A stretch of 64,000 nt of DNA. Source: Octopus vulgaris (lineage: Eukaryota). The first letter of the stretch is position 1. The number at the start of each line of letters is the position of its first letter. Below the pieces are notes generated by a model. That model saw only the letters and a list, made by a program, of their open reading frames with translations. It was not told where the DNA came from and did no database searches. Made by a program: the position numbers and the translations under genes. Positions 12,387 through 26,800 of the stretch are shown one piece after another. The DNA lies in NCBI GenBank assembly GCA_951406725.2, contig OX597814.1:158658001-158722000 (forward strand), read 5' to 3'.

Positions 12387-13898
12387 CCTTTCTACTATAG
12401 GCGTAAGGCTTGACATTTTTGGGGAAAGGCAAGTCAATTGCATCAACCTCAGTAAAAATGGATGCAATGCCACTAAAGCATTTTACCTGGTACAATATCA
12501 ATTCTGCCAGCTTCTCATCTCAGTAATAATAATGATAACAACAACAACAATAATAATAATAATATGGATATAAATATCTGGGGATTTTAGAATAAGACAA
12601 AATCAAGGAAAATGAAATGAAGGAAAGCTTTAGATGAGAATATCTCAGAAGAACCAAGTTAATTATGGTAAGTAGACTCAATGGAAAGAAAATCAGGGCA
12701 ATGAACACATGGGCTGTTTTTTTAATGTGATACGGTACATGTGTTGTTAGTTGGACAAAGAATGAGCTTGAGGAAACGGACAGGAAAACCAGAAAAAGGA
12801 AAAAGTGATGACAATTAATAAGGAGTTACGACCAAAAAGCAATATTGATAGACTGTATGTGTCTAGAAACAGGTATGGAAGAGGTCACATAGGATGCAAA
12901 ATCTGTGTTGTCGATGAGAAGAACAGTCTGGGATGGCACATCAAACAGCTGAATAAATCCTTGCTTGTCACTGTTAGAATTAACAATACATCAACCAAAA
13001 ATGCAATGCACCCATAAAATTTTAAGAAACAAGATGAAGAAGAAAGTGTAAACCACTACATGGGCAGTACCTCAGAGAAATTGAAGGAAAAGACGAGATC
13101 AATACTTGGAGATGGCTAAGAAAATGTGATCTGATAGGATGCACTGAGGCATTGATAAGCAGTGCTCAGGAACAAGCTCTGAGAACTAATTACACCAAGT
13201 TTCAATTAGGTAAGAATAACAAATCACCTCTTTGTAGGATGTGTGGCAGCAGAAACGAAACAATCTCATATATTGTGAGTGAGTGTAGCAAGCTGGTCCA
13301 AAAGCATTACAAAAGGAAGCACAATAACGTGGCTTAGTTCGTCCACTAGAGGCTATGTGAAATGTACAACCTGAACAAGGAAATGGTACAAACATGAACC
13401 AGAAGGAGTCACTGAGAACAAGCAACATAAGATACTGTGGGATTTTACAATCCATTGTGACTCCCTAATCGAGGCTCAGGGACCAGATATTGTTGTGGTA
13501 GATAAAGGAAAAAAAAAGGAAACCAAGATCATAGATATTGCAATACTTGGAGAAGTATACATAAGTAACAAGGAACTAGAGAAGATTGAAAAGTACAGAC
13601 TACTAAAAGATGAAATTGTAAGAATATGGCTATGAGGAGAGTGTCTGTCATTCCAGTAGTTGTAGGAGCACTTGGAGCACTAACAACCACATTTGAGAAA
13701 TATGTCGAAGAAATTGGAATTGACATGAGAACAGAACAAGCTAGGATTTTGAGATTGGTACTTGAATGCCTCCCACAACCAAATATCAAAGCTTATAATG
13801 TGCAGAAAGAGAACCTGTGAGGCCTCTCATGGCAGGTTGATGTCCACTCTCACAGAATCTACCAGAACAAACAAGACCAAATGTTTTAAGTAAAACAA

Positions 13899-13935
<37 letters not shown>

Positions 13936-16900
13936 GCCCTGATGCAGTACCAGGCAGTGGCTCTCATGGCTTCTGATCTTAACTGATTGGAAGTGTTATC
14001 ATGTACATTGTTTTGTCTTGGTATAAAAGATGGGCTACAGCAAATATTCTGCTCAATACCACAGATTTGCTTGTCAGTTGTGGTTGATGATGTGTGCATC
14101 TCTGATCATGAGCAGAAGTAGTGGGGGAGCATCATAGCCATGTGTTGAGAGAGATTTTTTGAGGTTTGAATAATTCACCCTTGGAAACATGGGTGTTTCG
14201 TTCATCATCTTTAAACAAACCTTATTCAGGGACCTTTTGAGCGGGATGGGTTACTCGACCTGAAGAAAATTCTGAGCCCCACCTGCAAAGTCATGTGTTG
14301 TTTATCTTGATATGAGATCACCATGTCTCACACATATGGTTGTGATGCATGTGCCTAGTGTACCCTTATCAGACGTGTAGTCATGATGTGTATACTGGGC
14401 TTCATATATTTCACCCCAGTGTCACTTTGATGGCATACACTGCTCTCTCACTCAATAATAATAATAATAATAATAATAATAATTATAATAATAATAATAA
14501 TTATAATAATAATAATAATTATAATAATAATATCATTCCAAAATCATCACTATCTCTTTTCATTATTGTAAATTATATAGAAAGTAAACATTTGAGAATA
14601 ATTTTATTCATATGACAATTTAGAAAATATGATATTGATATATTTTCAAAACAATTTATTTACATTAATACAGATTTGCAAAATAATCTGCATACAAATT
14701 TTAAGGAGGAAATATATGTAACTATAGCAACTAAAATGTTTATAATGATCATTATGTATTTATTTACCTGCCAATTTCTTCAAGAATATAATAGTAGTTT
14801 TCAACTCGAGATTCACAGAATAGAATATAGCTGGGAACTGGTGTAGACTCTGTAATAAGATATTAAATAAAATAATCTGTTTTAGTCATATCAGAAATAA
14901 ATTTGCTTACATAATTAATGTCATACATTAAATCTTCCTTTTAATATTAATATCATCAATGTCATCAGCCTCATCAACATCATCGCCAGTACAACACCAC
15001 ATCATCATCATCTTCACCATAATTATCATCACAAATATCATCATCACCACTATCATCATTATCATCATGATTGTCATCATCACTACTCCCATCAACACTG
15101 CTGCAACCACCCCTACCAAATGAGCTGAAATTTGGGATGATGGGTTTATCAACTCTAAAAAGATAAAATGTGAAGCTGACTTCAGAAGAACTTGAAATCG
15201 AAATGTAAAATAACAACTAATTACTGATATGTATTTTGTCATACATCTTACCAATTTAGTCAATGCATTTCACAACTGAACACATTATACATTTGGGGGG
15301 CAATTTTTAACCCTTTCATTACCATCCCGGCTGAAACCGGCTCTGGCTCTGAGTGAAAATATCTTGTTTTTGTAAATTTTGAATAAAAATCTTCCACCAA
15401 ACATTAGTCACAATTTATGTTCCTAACACTAGCTTAATGATAACTAAGTTATTTTACTAAATTCTTTTTGTTATATCTAAAATTGATTGAAAGAAACACA
15501 GAACATCACAAAATAAATACAGTAACAAAAGGGTTAAATTTTATTTCTGAAATACAATTGCTTTGAATTTGCTTCAGAAAAAGGTCTATGCTTGTGATGG
15601 TTAGTTGGGGTGGGGGATGCTAGGAATGTGGCCTGGGTGTCAAGGGGGTGGCACCCAAAAAAGTTTGGGAACCACCATTATAGACTATGAAAGAGGGTTG
15701 TGGTAGTCCCGTATTATTACAAAACTGAAATGAATTTCAAATGGTATATTTATATCATGATAGCAGAATTGTAAAAGTAAAAACCGAAAATATTGAAATT
15801 TTTCCATTAAGATAATCAGCTTCTGCAATGCATCCAACAATCTACTTTAGTAATACTCTTGTGTTTTTCTCCATCACAACATATGAATGAGAAAGGAAGG
15901 GGTGATAGATGAATAAGGAAGGAAGGAGTGATGGCAAACTTGGTAGTTGGATGATGGAAATTCTACAGTGAAAAAAAATCAAACAGCATTTCAACTCTGC
16001 ATGAGTATATGTGTGTGTATGTAAAAGGGAGGTATGTGAATGTGTGTGTGTGTGTGTGTGTGTGTGATAGAAGTGGGATGGCGAACAGTCAGCACTGAAA
16101 AGGAAAATCAAACAGCATTTCAACTCTGTGTGAGTATATGTGTGTATGTGTGTGCATGTACAAGGGAAGTATGTGAATGTTTGTTTCTGTGATTATTATG
16201 TAACTTATTTATATTCAAAATACTACAGTTTTTGATGGCATGGGGCCAGCTAATATATAATAATGGAAGCACAACTAATCTCCATTATTTTTTACTTGGT
16301 GTCAGTGGCTGGATGTCATTTCTTAATACAAGCTACTTTATAGAGTATACTCAATACTTTTTATTGTGGACCAGCAGGAGATAGGGTGTCATGTTCTTGG
16401 CAAGACTATACAGTCCTCACTACTTTATATTGTCTTTGTTTATTTACCATCCACTTTACAGAATGTATTGGCAGCATTGTATCAGTACATGGATACTAAT
16501 GAGGTTGCCTCTCCCCACCCCCGCAAAACTAAAAACACAAATGTGACTGACAAAGTGAATAGAAGAGAGAGTGATGGCTAACAAAGAGAAGAAAGTGAAA
16601 GTATGAGTACAAATATAAAGGGCCAAGCAAACTGAAAGAGTGAGAGACTGATAGAGAAGGGAGTAATTGAAATGAGAGAGTGAGAGCTATTTGATCGTAG
16701 TTGGTAAGCAAATTGAATTGAAAAACAGTATGATGAGTAATATTAAGAAAGAACAAGTTATTGATAGCAATAGAGAGGGTAACTAGATGTCAGAGGAATG
16801 ATATGAAGGAGAATGATGGCTAATAATAAAGAAGGATTACTAGCATCAATCAAATTTAAATGTAAATTATAAAAAAAATTTTTTTTTAGTTATGACTAAA

Positions 16901-17774
16901 CAAAGATTGAAGAGAAAACAGTTCTTAGGACAGTTATACTAAGTCAAAGTGAAAGAAAGCGAACTCATATGCACTTTCATATCATAATACTAAGACGTTT
17001 ACCTAGTCAGTCAAATTATTTTTGAAACACTGAATGTACACATCCAACAAATTAGTTTGTATTTACATATTATATTTGTAAATTTTGATTCTACTTTTAA
17101 TGTTACTGTTGATTTGATTCTGAAATATCATCTTTATTACAACTGGACAGCAAACAATTTTGGTAAACAGTCTCTTTTGGTACACGTATACAAATAAAGT
17201 TAAACAGAAAGTGAAATCATTGTGAGACTGAAACCAACTCTTGCAGATTCTTTTGACACCCACTTATTTCAAAAGAATGTATTTTTTCTGTTAAAAATTT
17301 GAAACCATATTTATACAATCCATTAACTGTTGGCATTAAATGGCATTGTCAATGTTATGATTATTGTTTTCATTTATTTATTTATTTATAGTTATCAATA
17401 ATAAATGAGTTATTTGTATGTAGAGTTGTGTTGCCATGTCTTTCTCGAAAAATCTGCTAGTGTTTGTTTGTGTGTTGTGTTATTTTTAATTACTATTAGC
17501 TGTCATTCATTTCCACATTCAACTGACAATTTTTTTTAAACATTAGACTGGCTTAATTAATTTTCTAAAGCAACCATGGTCTGGCAATGTTCTTACATTT
17601 ATATTATACCAACAGAAACACTGAATTCTTACAAATGCAGACTAAAGGCAGAAGCAAACACCCACATAAACTGACACTATTGAAACCTTTACAGTTTTTA
17701 CACCATTACACAGACACACAAACACACAGACAGACACACACACACAAATATATTTCAATGTTGTCATGTTTTAA

Positions 17775-17824
<50 letters not shown>

Positions 17825-20800
17825 AAATCGTATAAGCTTGCAGTCACTAATATTATCTCTTATGAGTAATAATGTTCTTTATATATATATATACATGCAG
17901 TGGGTACACCTTGGATGATGAGAGGAAAGACAAACAAGTTGAAGCAATTGATCCATTGTCATACTGGTATTTATTTTATTAGCCTGATGGGGTAAAAGAT
18001 GCGGTTCAAGCCCAGAAAGTGAAGCTTTCTGAACTAGATACCATAAGGTATTTAGTTTGATACATAACAGTATTTGCCACTTTTCCCACTCTTGACTATA
18101 ATATAAACAAAGTTAATTGAAAGGCAACACAAACTGTACAGAAGTAATTCCTTTCATTTTCTTATTCTGTTCTTCTTACATAATGCCAACAAAAGAACCT
18201 CTTTGCAGCTGCTCTAAAGGTTAGAAATAGCAGCATAATACCCTCCAATTACACTGCATTTAAAAAATGAAACATATTAGATAATGTAGCTTCTCTTATG
18301 TACATAGATGAGATAGTCATTGCTGAAATACTTTTGACCATAGTTTTGCTTAAACAGGACTGACGGGGTAGAGAATAATGACATCATTTTCCTTACATAA
18401 CAACATAACAATAATATAAACTTTCTGGTATGAATCAGACATATAGATCATTTAACAAAACTATTATTCATTGCTGGAAAAACTTTCTAGCAGAAATTAA
18501 TGTCATTAAGTAGTCAAGGTGTATGTTTATTATTTCTCTGCTGTCAGAGAAGTTGTCATATGAAAGTCATGAATAGGTAGTTTCCTCTAGATTATTTATA
18601 TTTCACAGAAACAACACTTCTCACACCTTAATGATAACAAATCAAAGTACTGTCAATAAACAGTGACAAATAAGTCACTAAATAAGGTATGTATCTTGAA
18701 AAGACACTGGCCATAATTCTGTTGTGAATATAAAATATATGTCTCTAAAAATTAATCATCAATCAAAATTTTTCTTTATCTAATCATAAACACAGGTATG
18801 ACTATGTGACTAAAAGGTTTATTGTTCAATCACAAGGCACCAAGTTCGATCAAACAATGCGGTTTTTTTGAGCAAGTGTCTGTCTTCTACAAGAACCTTA
18901 GATTGACCAGTACATAATATGCTCTGTGTGTGATTTTGCCAACAGAAACTGATGCAGGCATGGCTATGTAGTTAAAAAGTTTGTTTTCCAGACACTCACA
19001 AAGGTTTTCAGTCCCATTACATGACACATTGGGTAAGTATCTTCTACTATAGCTCCAAGCCTATCAAAGGCTTGTGAGTAAGTTTGGCAGAAGAAACTAA
19101 AAGAATCCAGTCATGTGAGTGTGTGTGTGTGTGTGTGTGCGCGCACCTCATGTGACTGGTAAACAAGCGTCACCATCATACAAGTGGTGTTGTTCATTTC
19201 CAATTTTCCAGGGAATCATTTCCACTCATGAGAGACAATACCTTGGAAACAAGTAAGTGTAGGTCTCAAGAAAGATATCTGGGTGTAGAAAATCTACCTC
19301 AAAAAGTTTCACCTGATCCATACAAGTATAGTAATGTAGACATTAAAACAATGATGAAACTGTGTAAAAGAATGTCATATGTGGAATGTGTGTGTGTGTG
19401 TGTGTAAATCTCTGTTGATTCACCAGAAGCCATAGATTAAAGGGCTCAACACAAACAGAGCATTCTTTAATACATTATAACTGAAAGGTTCTGTGTTGCG
19501 AATAGATGAGGACAGCTGTGTGAAAATGTGTCACACCCTAGCAATTGAGAGAACCTGTGGAAGAGGTAGACCAAGGAAGACCTGGGATGAGGTGGTGACG
19601 AACGACCTTTGAACATTGGGCCTCACTGAAGCAATGATTATTGACCGAGACCTTTGGAGATGTGCTGTGCTTGAGAAAACCTGGCAAGCCAAGTGAGACC
19701 ATAATTCGTGGCCTATGTCAGTGGTGTATAACCAGCCCACTTATGAGTACCCTTCATTCATTGGACAATAAACCTTGCTTGCAAAGACCTGTTGAGGCAA
19801 GTGAAATCAAAATCACTGAATTGTTCGATGACGGTACCACCTGATTGGCACTCATGCCAGTGGAATGTTAAAAGCACCATCCGAGCATGATCTTTGCCAG
19901 GGCTGCTGACTAGCTCCTATGCTGGTGTCATGTAAAAAGCATCATTCGAGCGTGATTGTTGCCAGTGTCACCTTACTGGCACATGTGCTGGTAGTACATG
20001 AAAAACAACATTCAAGCATCTAGTAAAAGACTAAGACTAAGAATAATATTAAAAAGAAAACACTAATTGTTTAATCTTTTTTTATTAAGTAATGAAGACT
20101 TTTAGCACAGATACATAAGCTGCTTACACACACATGCACACACACACATACATATATATATATGCATGGGAAATGTGGTTTTAACATCACTTACAGAATT
20201 AAGCTGAATAACTGTTAACAACTACATTATATTTGATGGGCTTCTCATTTTCTATATACCAAAATACATTTCAAGACAATATAATTTTTTTTATTGCATA
20301 GTCAGTGGAGAAAGGACTCACTACTTTTTGTATGGCCTTTAAGACTGGTGGAGAAAGTTGTCCTCAGATTAGAGGCTTCATCTAAATGCATGCAATGTGT
20401 GAACTCTGCCAAAGCAGACAAAAGTTAAATAGTGGTGTTAAACCAATAGATGCAGTTCATCTACCACTCAAATATATTACTCGATGAATTGGACAATATT
20501 CACCTATCTCATGTAATTAAAAAAATGATAATAAAATATATCAACTGTGAAAAAAATGAAATAAATCAACTTGTTCCTTTTTGGAGAATTATGTTAAATT
20601 ATTCTAGTTCTCTCCAAATGAAGTCAGAGACACAGTAAGAGTTAATGTCCAGCTACTACAGAATCATCTGATTGGTCCCTGTATGAATACATAGGTTGCA
20701 GACAAATCTTGAGATTGAGCCATGAAGAAAAGCACCTTGTGCATTTTGTAAAGTTGCTAGTATTACGAAGGGCATCAAGCCATATAAACTATGCAAAAGA

Positions 20801-23800
20801 AGACATTGGAGCATAATGCAGCCTTTGGTCCCAATGGATCCTGTCAAACTGACCAATCTATGCCAGCATAAAAGATGAGTGTTAAAAGATGATGAAATAG
20901 GATGTCAATAATGACTAGAATTATAAAAAAAGCATACAAAATTAGGTTTCAGTAGGAAAGTCATGATGGATATTTAAGTATACATATGTTGGTAATTTTA
21001 AAATCTATCAGTCAAGCAATCTTAATTACAGAATATTTTTTACAAGCTGAAATATAATTTTCAAATAAATATTTTTAGTTTTCTCTACAAAAGTATCAGC
21101 AAACTTGCATTTTAAATATGCCAGCAAGGAACATACTGCTTGACCATATAACATGCAGGAGATAACCAAGCCTCCTCCAAATTATATTCTAGCATTTAAA
21201 AGAGAGAAACAGTTAATGAAGTCCCAGACACTCCTAAAGAAAAAAAACAGGATGGTCATAACTGGAACACCTTTGATCATACTTCTGCTGGATCAGAGCT
21301 GGACTGGAACTCCAATAGTAGCAGCAATAACAACAAAACAACTAATTTAAACTTCTATTGTACTAAAAATAACTTACCTGACACTTCTATCTCAGCCGTT
21401 GTAAATGTTTTTCCTCCTTCATTTTCAGCAAAGCATTCATAAATACCAGCATCATTGATGTTAGCATCATCAAAGACTAAACTCCATTGACAAGGTGACT
21501 CATACTGGACATGCACTCTAGATGTTTCTATCAGAGGTTGTCTGTTTTTACTCCAATATACGCATGGATATGGAATTCCATCAATGTGACAATTTAATGA
21601 ACCACTGCTGCCACTTACCAAAAAGATGTCTTGGAGTGGTTTTATAATTGTTGGTGGTTCTAATAAAAAGATAAAATTAACAAAACTAAGAATGAACAGA
21701 AACATTAATGAAGAAATACATTTCTTATTAGGAAATATACTTCAGGAAATAATCATCAAATTTCTCTTTAACTAAATTTTTAATAAATGTAATTATTTAT
21801 TTTGTATCACAATTGGTGAACAATAGTATTGCTGGTCACAGGTTTCCAATGAGCTAATCACTGGTTCATTGTATGCCTGACAGTGTAACATGATATGTCT
21901 GCAATATTGTGTATAAGAGCTATCACAGGAAACTTTGCTCATGCAATGCTTGTTTTTTGGTTTGCTAACTGATGCTTATATCTGTTGCCAATATATAATG
22001 CACATGTGTGTGTGTGTGGTGGGGTACCTCTCTGTCTTGAAATCATGTGTCAGATGTAAATGTGTGATGCCAACAGGCAGAGTCGTTCATCTCCAACCTC
22101 CCATGAAAACAAGTCTGGTCATGAGGAAATATCACTTTTCTTAGAAACAAGTGAATGTTGGCAACAGGAAGTGCATCCAGCCATAGAAAAATCTGTCTCG
22201 GAAAATTCTGTTTGACCCATGCAAGCATGGAAAAGGGAACATCAAAATGATGCCAACATATATATGATGGACTTCTGGACAGTTTCCATTAACCAAATCC
22301 TATTCACACTATATTGATCAACCCAAGGCTACAGTGACAGATATTGGCCCAAAGTGTTGCCCCATAGGACTGAACTCACAACATCATTGTTGTGAAACAA
22401 ACTTCTTAAAACAGTTATTTTCCTGATGCTTGTTAAATGCAGCTCAAAATAAAAGTAGAATTGACTTATAACTTTATTTCTATCATTTTATTTTATTTTA
22501 AAATAAATCTTAACTATTTTCTAGTGTAGAAAACTTGTGGTAAATATTTGAAATATGCACATACCACTCTCTTTACATTTGTTTTATTTCATGCATGGAA
22601 ATTCAATATAAATTACAATAACAATGTGTGCTATAAAGTATACTATACAGTATTAAAAAATATTATTGTACATATATAACCTCTTTGATATTACTGTAAA
22701 ATAAAGCAAAAGTAAAAATAGCAAACGTGTTTTCAATGAACATTATTACTCTTCTATGAAGTTGTTAATACAATTTCAACATGCAATCTCAGTTTAAGTC
22801 ATTTGTCAAATAAGTACAACTCTGAAATTTCTGTAATGCAATTTCTGGTAAATGTAGTTTGGTATCACATTCAAAACTCAAGAAATAATATTAATGGTTT
22901 ATGTATTATTAAGTATACCTGCTAAGTGTAGAGTAACTGTCTGGCAGGCAAAGCCTACTTCATTTTCAACATAGCACTTGTAATCGCCACAATCTTCCCA
23001 TGACATGTTTGGAAATTCCAAAGTTACTGTTCCATCTACCTTGACAGAAGATGAATATCGATCACCATGTTCAATCTTGTTATCCTTAAAATACCAAGAA
23101 GCTTTAGGAGCTGGATATGATTGTATTTTCAACTCAATCTTTCCATTACTACATTCTGTTGCATACTGAGGGACTCCTTCTGGAGTAAGGAATTCTGGAG
23201 TTTGTGCTGGAAATGTAAAACAATGACAATATAATAAGCAAATTTAGAAGTCAAGCTAAAAGCAGAAAAACCTAAGTAACTTTGAGTTAATAACTAATTT
23301 TACTATTATATCTTCAAGAAAATATCAGAAGTATATCATTGCATGGAAAGCAGAATTTATCATTTTTAAAACAAATATTTCAATTTTTTTTTCTTTTTTT
23401 GCAACTTCGTTATATTGCTGTACATTGTATTGCATTGAAACAAATATAGTTCCCATAAGCAATGAAAGAACATGGAAAATATATTTCACACTATGATTAG
23501 AAAAGTGTTGTTACTTACGGGTTTTGAATTCCGAATCGAAAAAGGAACTAGCATCATCTGGAGAGAGTAGATCTGGACTCATTAAAATGGAACTTTCAGT
23601 TGAAAGCTGCCTTTGCAGTTGTTTCAAATAATCTAAAAAGAGAGAAAATTTATTCAAGTCTTTTTAATACCATTCTGTCTTAGATGCCTCAACTAACATG
23701 TTCATATTTAAAGAAAATCTTGATCAAAATCTCATAACATAAATGATAAGTGAAATTTCATGTTTAACACCAACATGATATCTACCAACATATAAAGATA

Positions 23801-26800
23801 CACATATTTTAGTAAATCTTTCAAAATATCTTACTTATGCTGGAAAATTAATTGTAGCACATAGTCTGTTTCTTAGAAACATAGTCACAAAAATACTATT
23901 CAATTGAGACTCATTTTATGGATGTGCAATTTTTAGATCTAAAACTGCATCTGTATTTTAACTTGCTCTACTTTCCATGAATATGAAGAGGTCAATGCAA
24001 GTGAGATATATCAACCATCCAGAGAGTAGAAGAATAGGCCTTCAATAAGGAAATAATATGTTAGACCATGTACTCCTAAACACCTTAGGAAGACTGTTGA
24101 CTATGTCTACTCAAGCCAGTTAATCTGGAGATAAACAGCAATAATTTCTATTTGGTATCTACAATACAAGTTCTGTTCTTTGATAATTTTTACCATATAG
24201 TTTGTATTTGATAATATATTTTGCCGTCGTCATCCTCATCATCATCACCATCATCATCATTTTACATCCACTTTCCAAGCTGGCACTGGTTGGACAGGCC
24301 AATATGATTTTCATTCAGTGTTGCTGTTCTCCTAGATAGGTCAAAGGACTATGTCTTGCTCTTATTCTGTTTTAAGTATGAATTCTACAGCTGTATGACC
24401 TTCCTAACACTAATCACTTTACATAGTGTACTGAGTGTATTTTGTCATGATATCATAGAAGCGCCATGTCCTCAACAGGACAAGACTGAAAATCCTCTTC
24501 ATCATATGATGGCTCATTTTATTTGTTAACACAGTGGATGAAGTACTATATTTTATATTGTAGCATTAGTACCAATGAAGTTGTTATGTACTCAAGTGAT
24601 AAAAGAGACCTTCATTCATTCAAGACATGAAGCCAACAGAAAACGGTGATCACAGAATATGGAGTAAAGTGAGATGGAGAACCTATAATTGCCCCTTTCT
24701 TCAGTATAACAAAACCAATGAACATATGCACATTGCTCTCTCACTGCTGAATAAAGTTCTTTCTTATATTTCTTATATTTCAGTTTTAGTTTCTTGTTCA
24801 CCAATTTTTGTTACATTGGTCTTGTTTATCCCACCATCTTATTTATTGTTGTTCACAGTTTCTCTTCTGTGACCTTTCAGAATCAACTTTTAATATCCAT
24901 GATCTTATAAAGATAATAACACCATGCAATTTTGTTTATTTTTGCTGTATTGTTGCTTGGTCTTCCACATTCTTATAAGCATAATATATATTCATGAGAA
25001 TATCAAGCTGTTCTTAACATGCTTCTATTTTTCTCTGCTCTTCCAGAGACAAGCTCCAAGATGACTTCCAGAAAAAAAAACCAGAAATAATTCCTCTTCA
25101 AAAGTAAACCAATCAGGATTAAGAGCATAATTTCTCATTTTCATGTTGACCTTGACACCTCACTAACAGCATCAAATACAAAATGACAACATTACAACTT
25201 TGAATAGCAATTTAATAAAATCACCTATAAAGTATCTCATGAAATATTGAGTTTGATGAAGAGGCATAAAACATTTCACAATCAATTCAGCTAGTCGAGA
25301 TATGAAAAGCAGGTCATAATAAACAGACAAGAAGAAAATGAAAAAAACAAATTCAAGAAAAAAATCATATTGACATTTCATATTGAAAAAATTGAAATCT
25401 ATTAAAAAGAAAATAAAGAAAGGAAAATTCCGAATGACTTCATTACAACAGAGTCACAGAAAACAGAAATAGAATGGTAGAAAGATTAGTGAGCTACCAA
25501 AAGCTAGGTTTCAATGACAGAAATATCAATGACCTTACAAAAGATGATAACATCATTGAATCTATAATGGCTACAAGTTCTAAAAATTACATTATATGAA
25601 TGAGAACATACAATCAAGAGAAGTAAAGCCCCAGGACAATATAACAAGAGAAGTTATGGTAAAGTTACTTACTAAACTCTTCATTGAATACCGCATGAAA
25701 ACCAAAATCCTTAAAAGTTGGTAGGATATAATAAGCACTTTATTGCACATAAAGGCAGATAGAAAAGGCTTATATAGCTAGAAGTCTTCTGTGCACCATA
25801 TATAAAATATTCACAAAGCTCAATATAGAGTATAAGAGACAAGTAAAATGGGAATATGACACATATATAGAAGGACAGGTGTACAAAAAAGTGAGATACA
25901 CTGAAAGTAAATAGAACTTGGGGAAAACAGGGACCGGGTGAGCCTTGGAACAAAATAATGAAGACTGATTTGAAGATGGTGCATCTCACAAAAGAGACGA
26001 CAAAGACATCACCAACAATGGGGACACAGTGCAGGTGAAAATCAGTGCACCTGTGGAAGTGGAAATCTCCTACCCATTGTACCATGTTTCAGGTGTAGCT
26101 AGGGATATCATTGGACCCTTCTGACCCTCTCATCTCACCAACACATAACCTCCTCCCTCTCTCATTCTTATCATCCTACCTCTGTCTATATGAAATTTAT
26201 GAAATATGAAAATCACATCAGATCTGCATGTACTGTGCACTCTTTACCATTCTCCTTTTATACTTCTTCACAACCCACCCATCCCCAGGGTCACTTGTTA
26301 ATAACATTCATCATTCAGTCCAAGCATTTAACCTCCTCTATTACTATCAATCAGCTTCTCATCCCTTCACTTCACTTAATCAGTTTCTATCTTCTTACTC
26401 CAATTACTCTGTTTCTACCATTTCACTTTTGCCCCTTTCACCCACCCATCATGGTTATTTCTCTGTCATTGCTCTCTTCTGCTAGCTCCCTAAGTCATGT
26501 AGCTCTAGATAAATAAACATTATAGAATGGTGAAAGATTTTCTATTCTTATGAGTACTACTTGACGGTCTACCCTGACACCTCATCAACCACTATTTTAT
26601 CTCTTTCTAGCTTCACCCCAATCACTCCCACCTCCTCTTGTATTATGTGAGTGACTATGTAGATTCTCTGCAGCAAGAAACTGGTTCTGTTCAGCCTCTT
26701 TCTTTCATACTTTAACCCCTTATCTAGCAGTATGGTACCACCTTCCTCTCTACTGTAACCCCAGCCAGTTAAAGAGAATCATGGCCAAATGTTGCATAGC

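Noticed and set aside
14928-15263. Asp-rich and Met-rich ORFs next to the first kinase exon
   Set aside because: Derived from an (ATC)n tract; the exon chain is complete without them.
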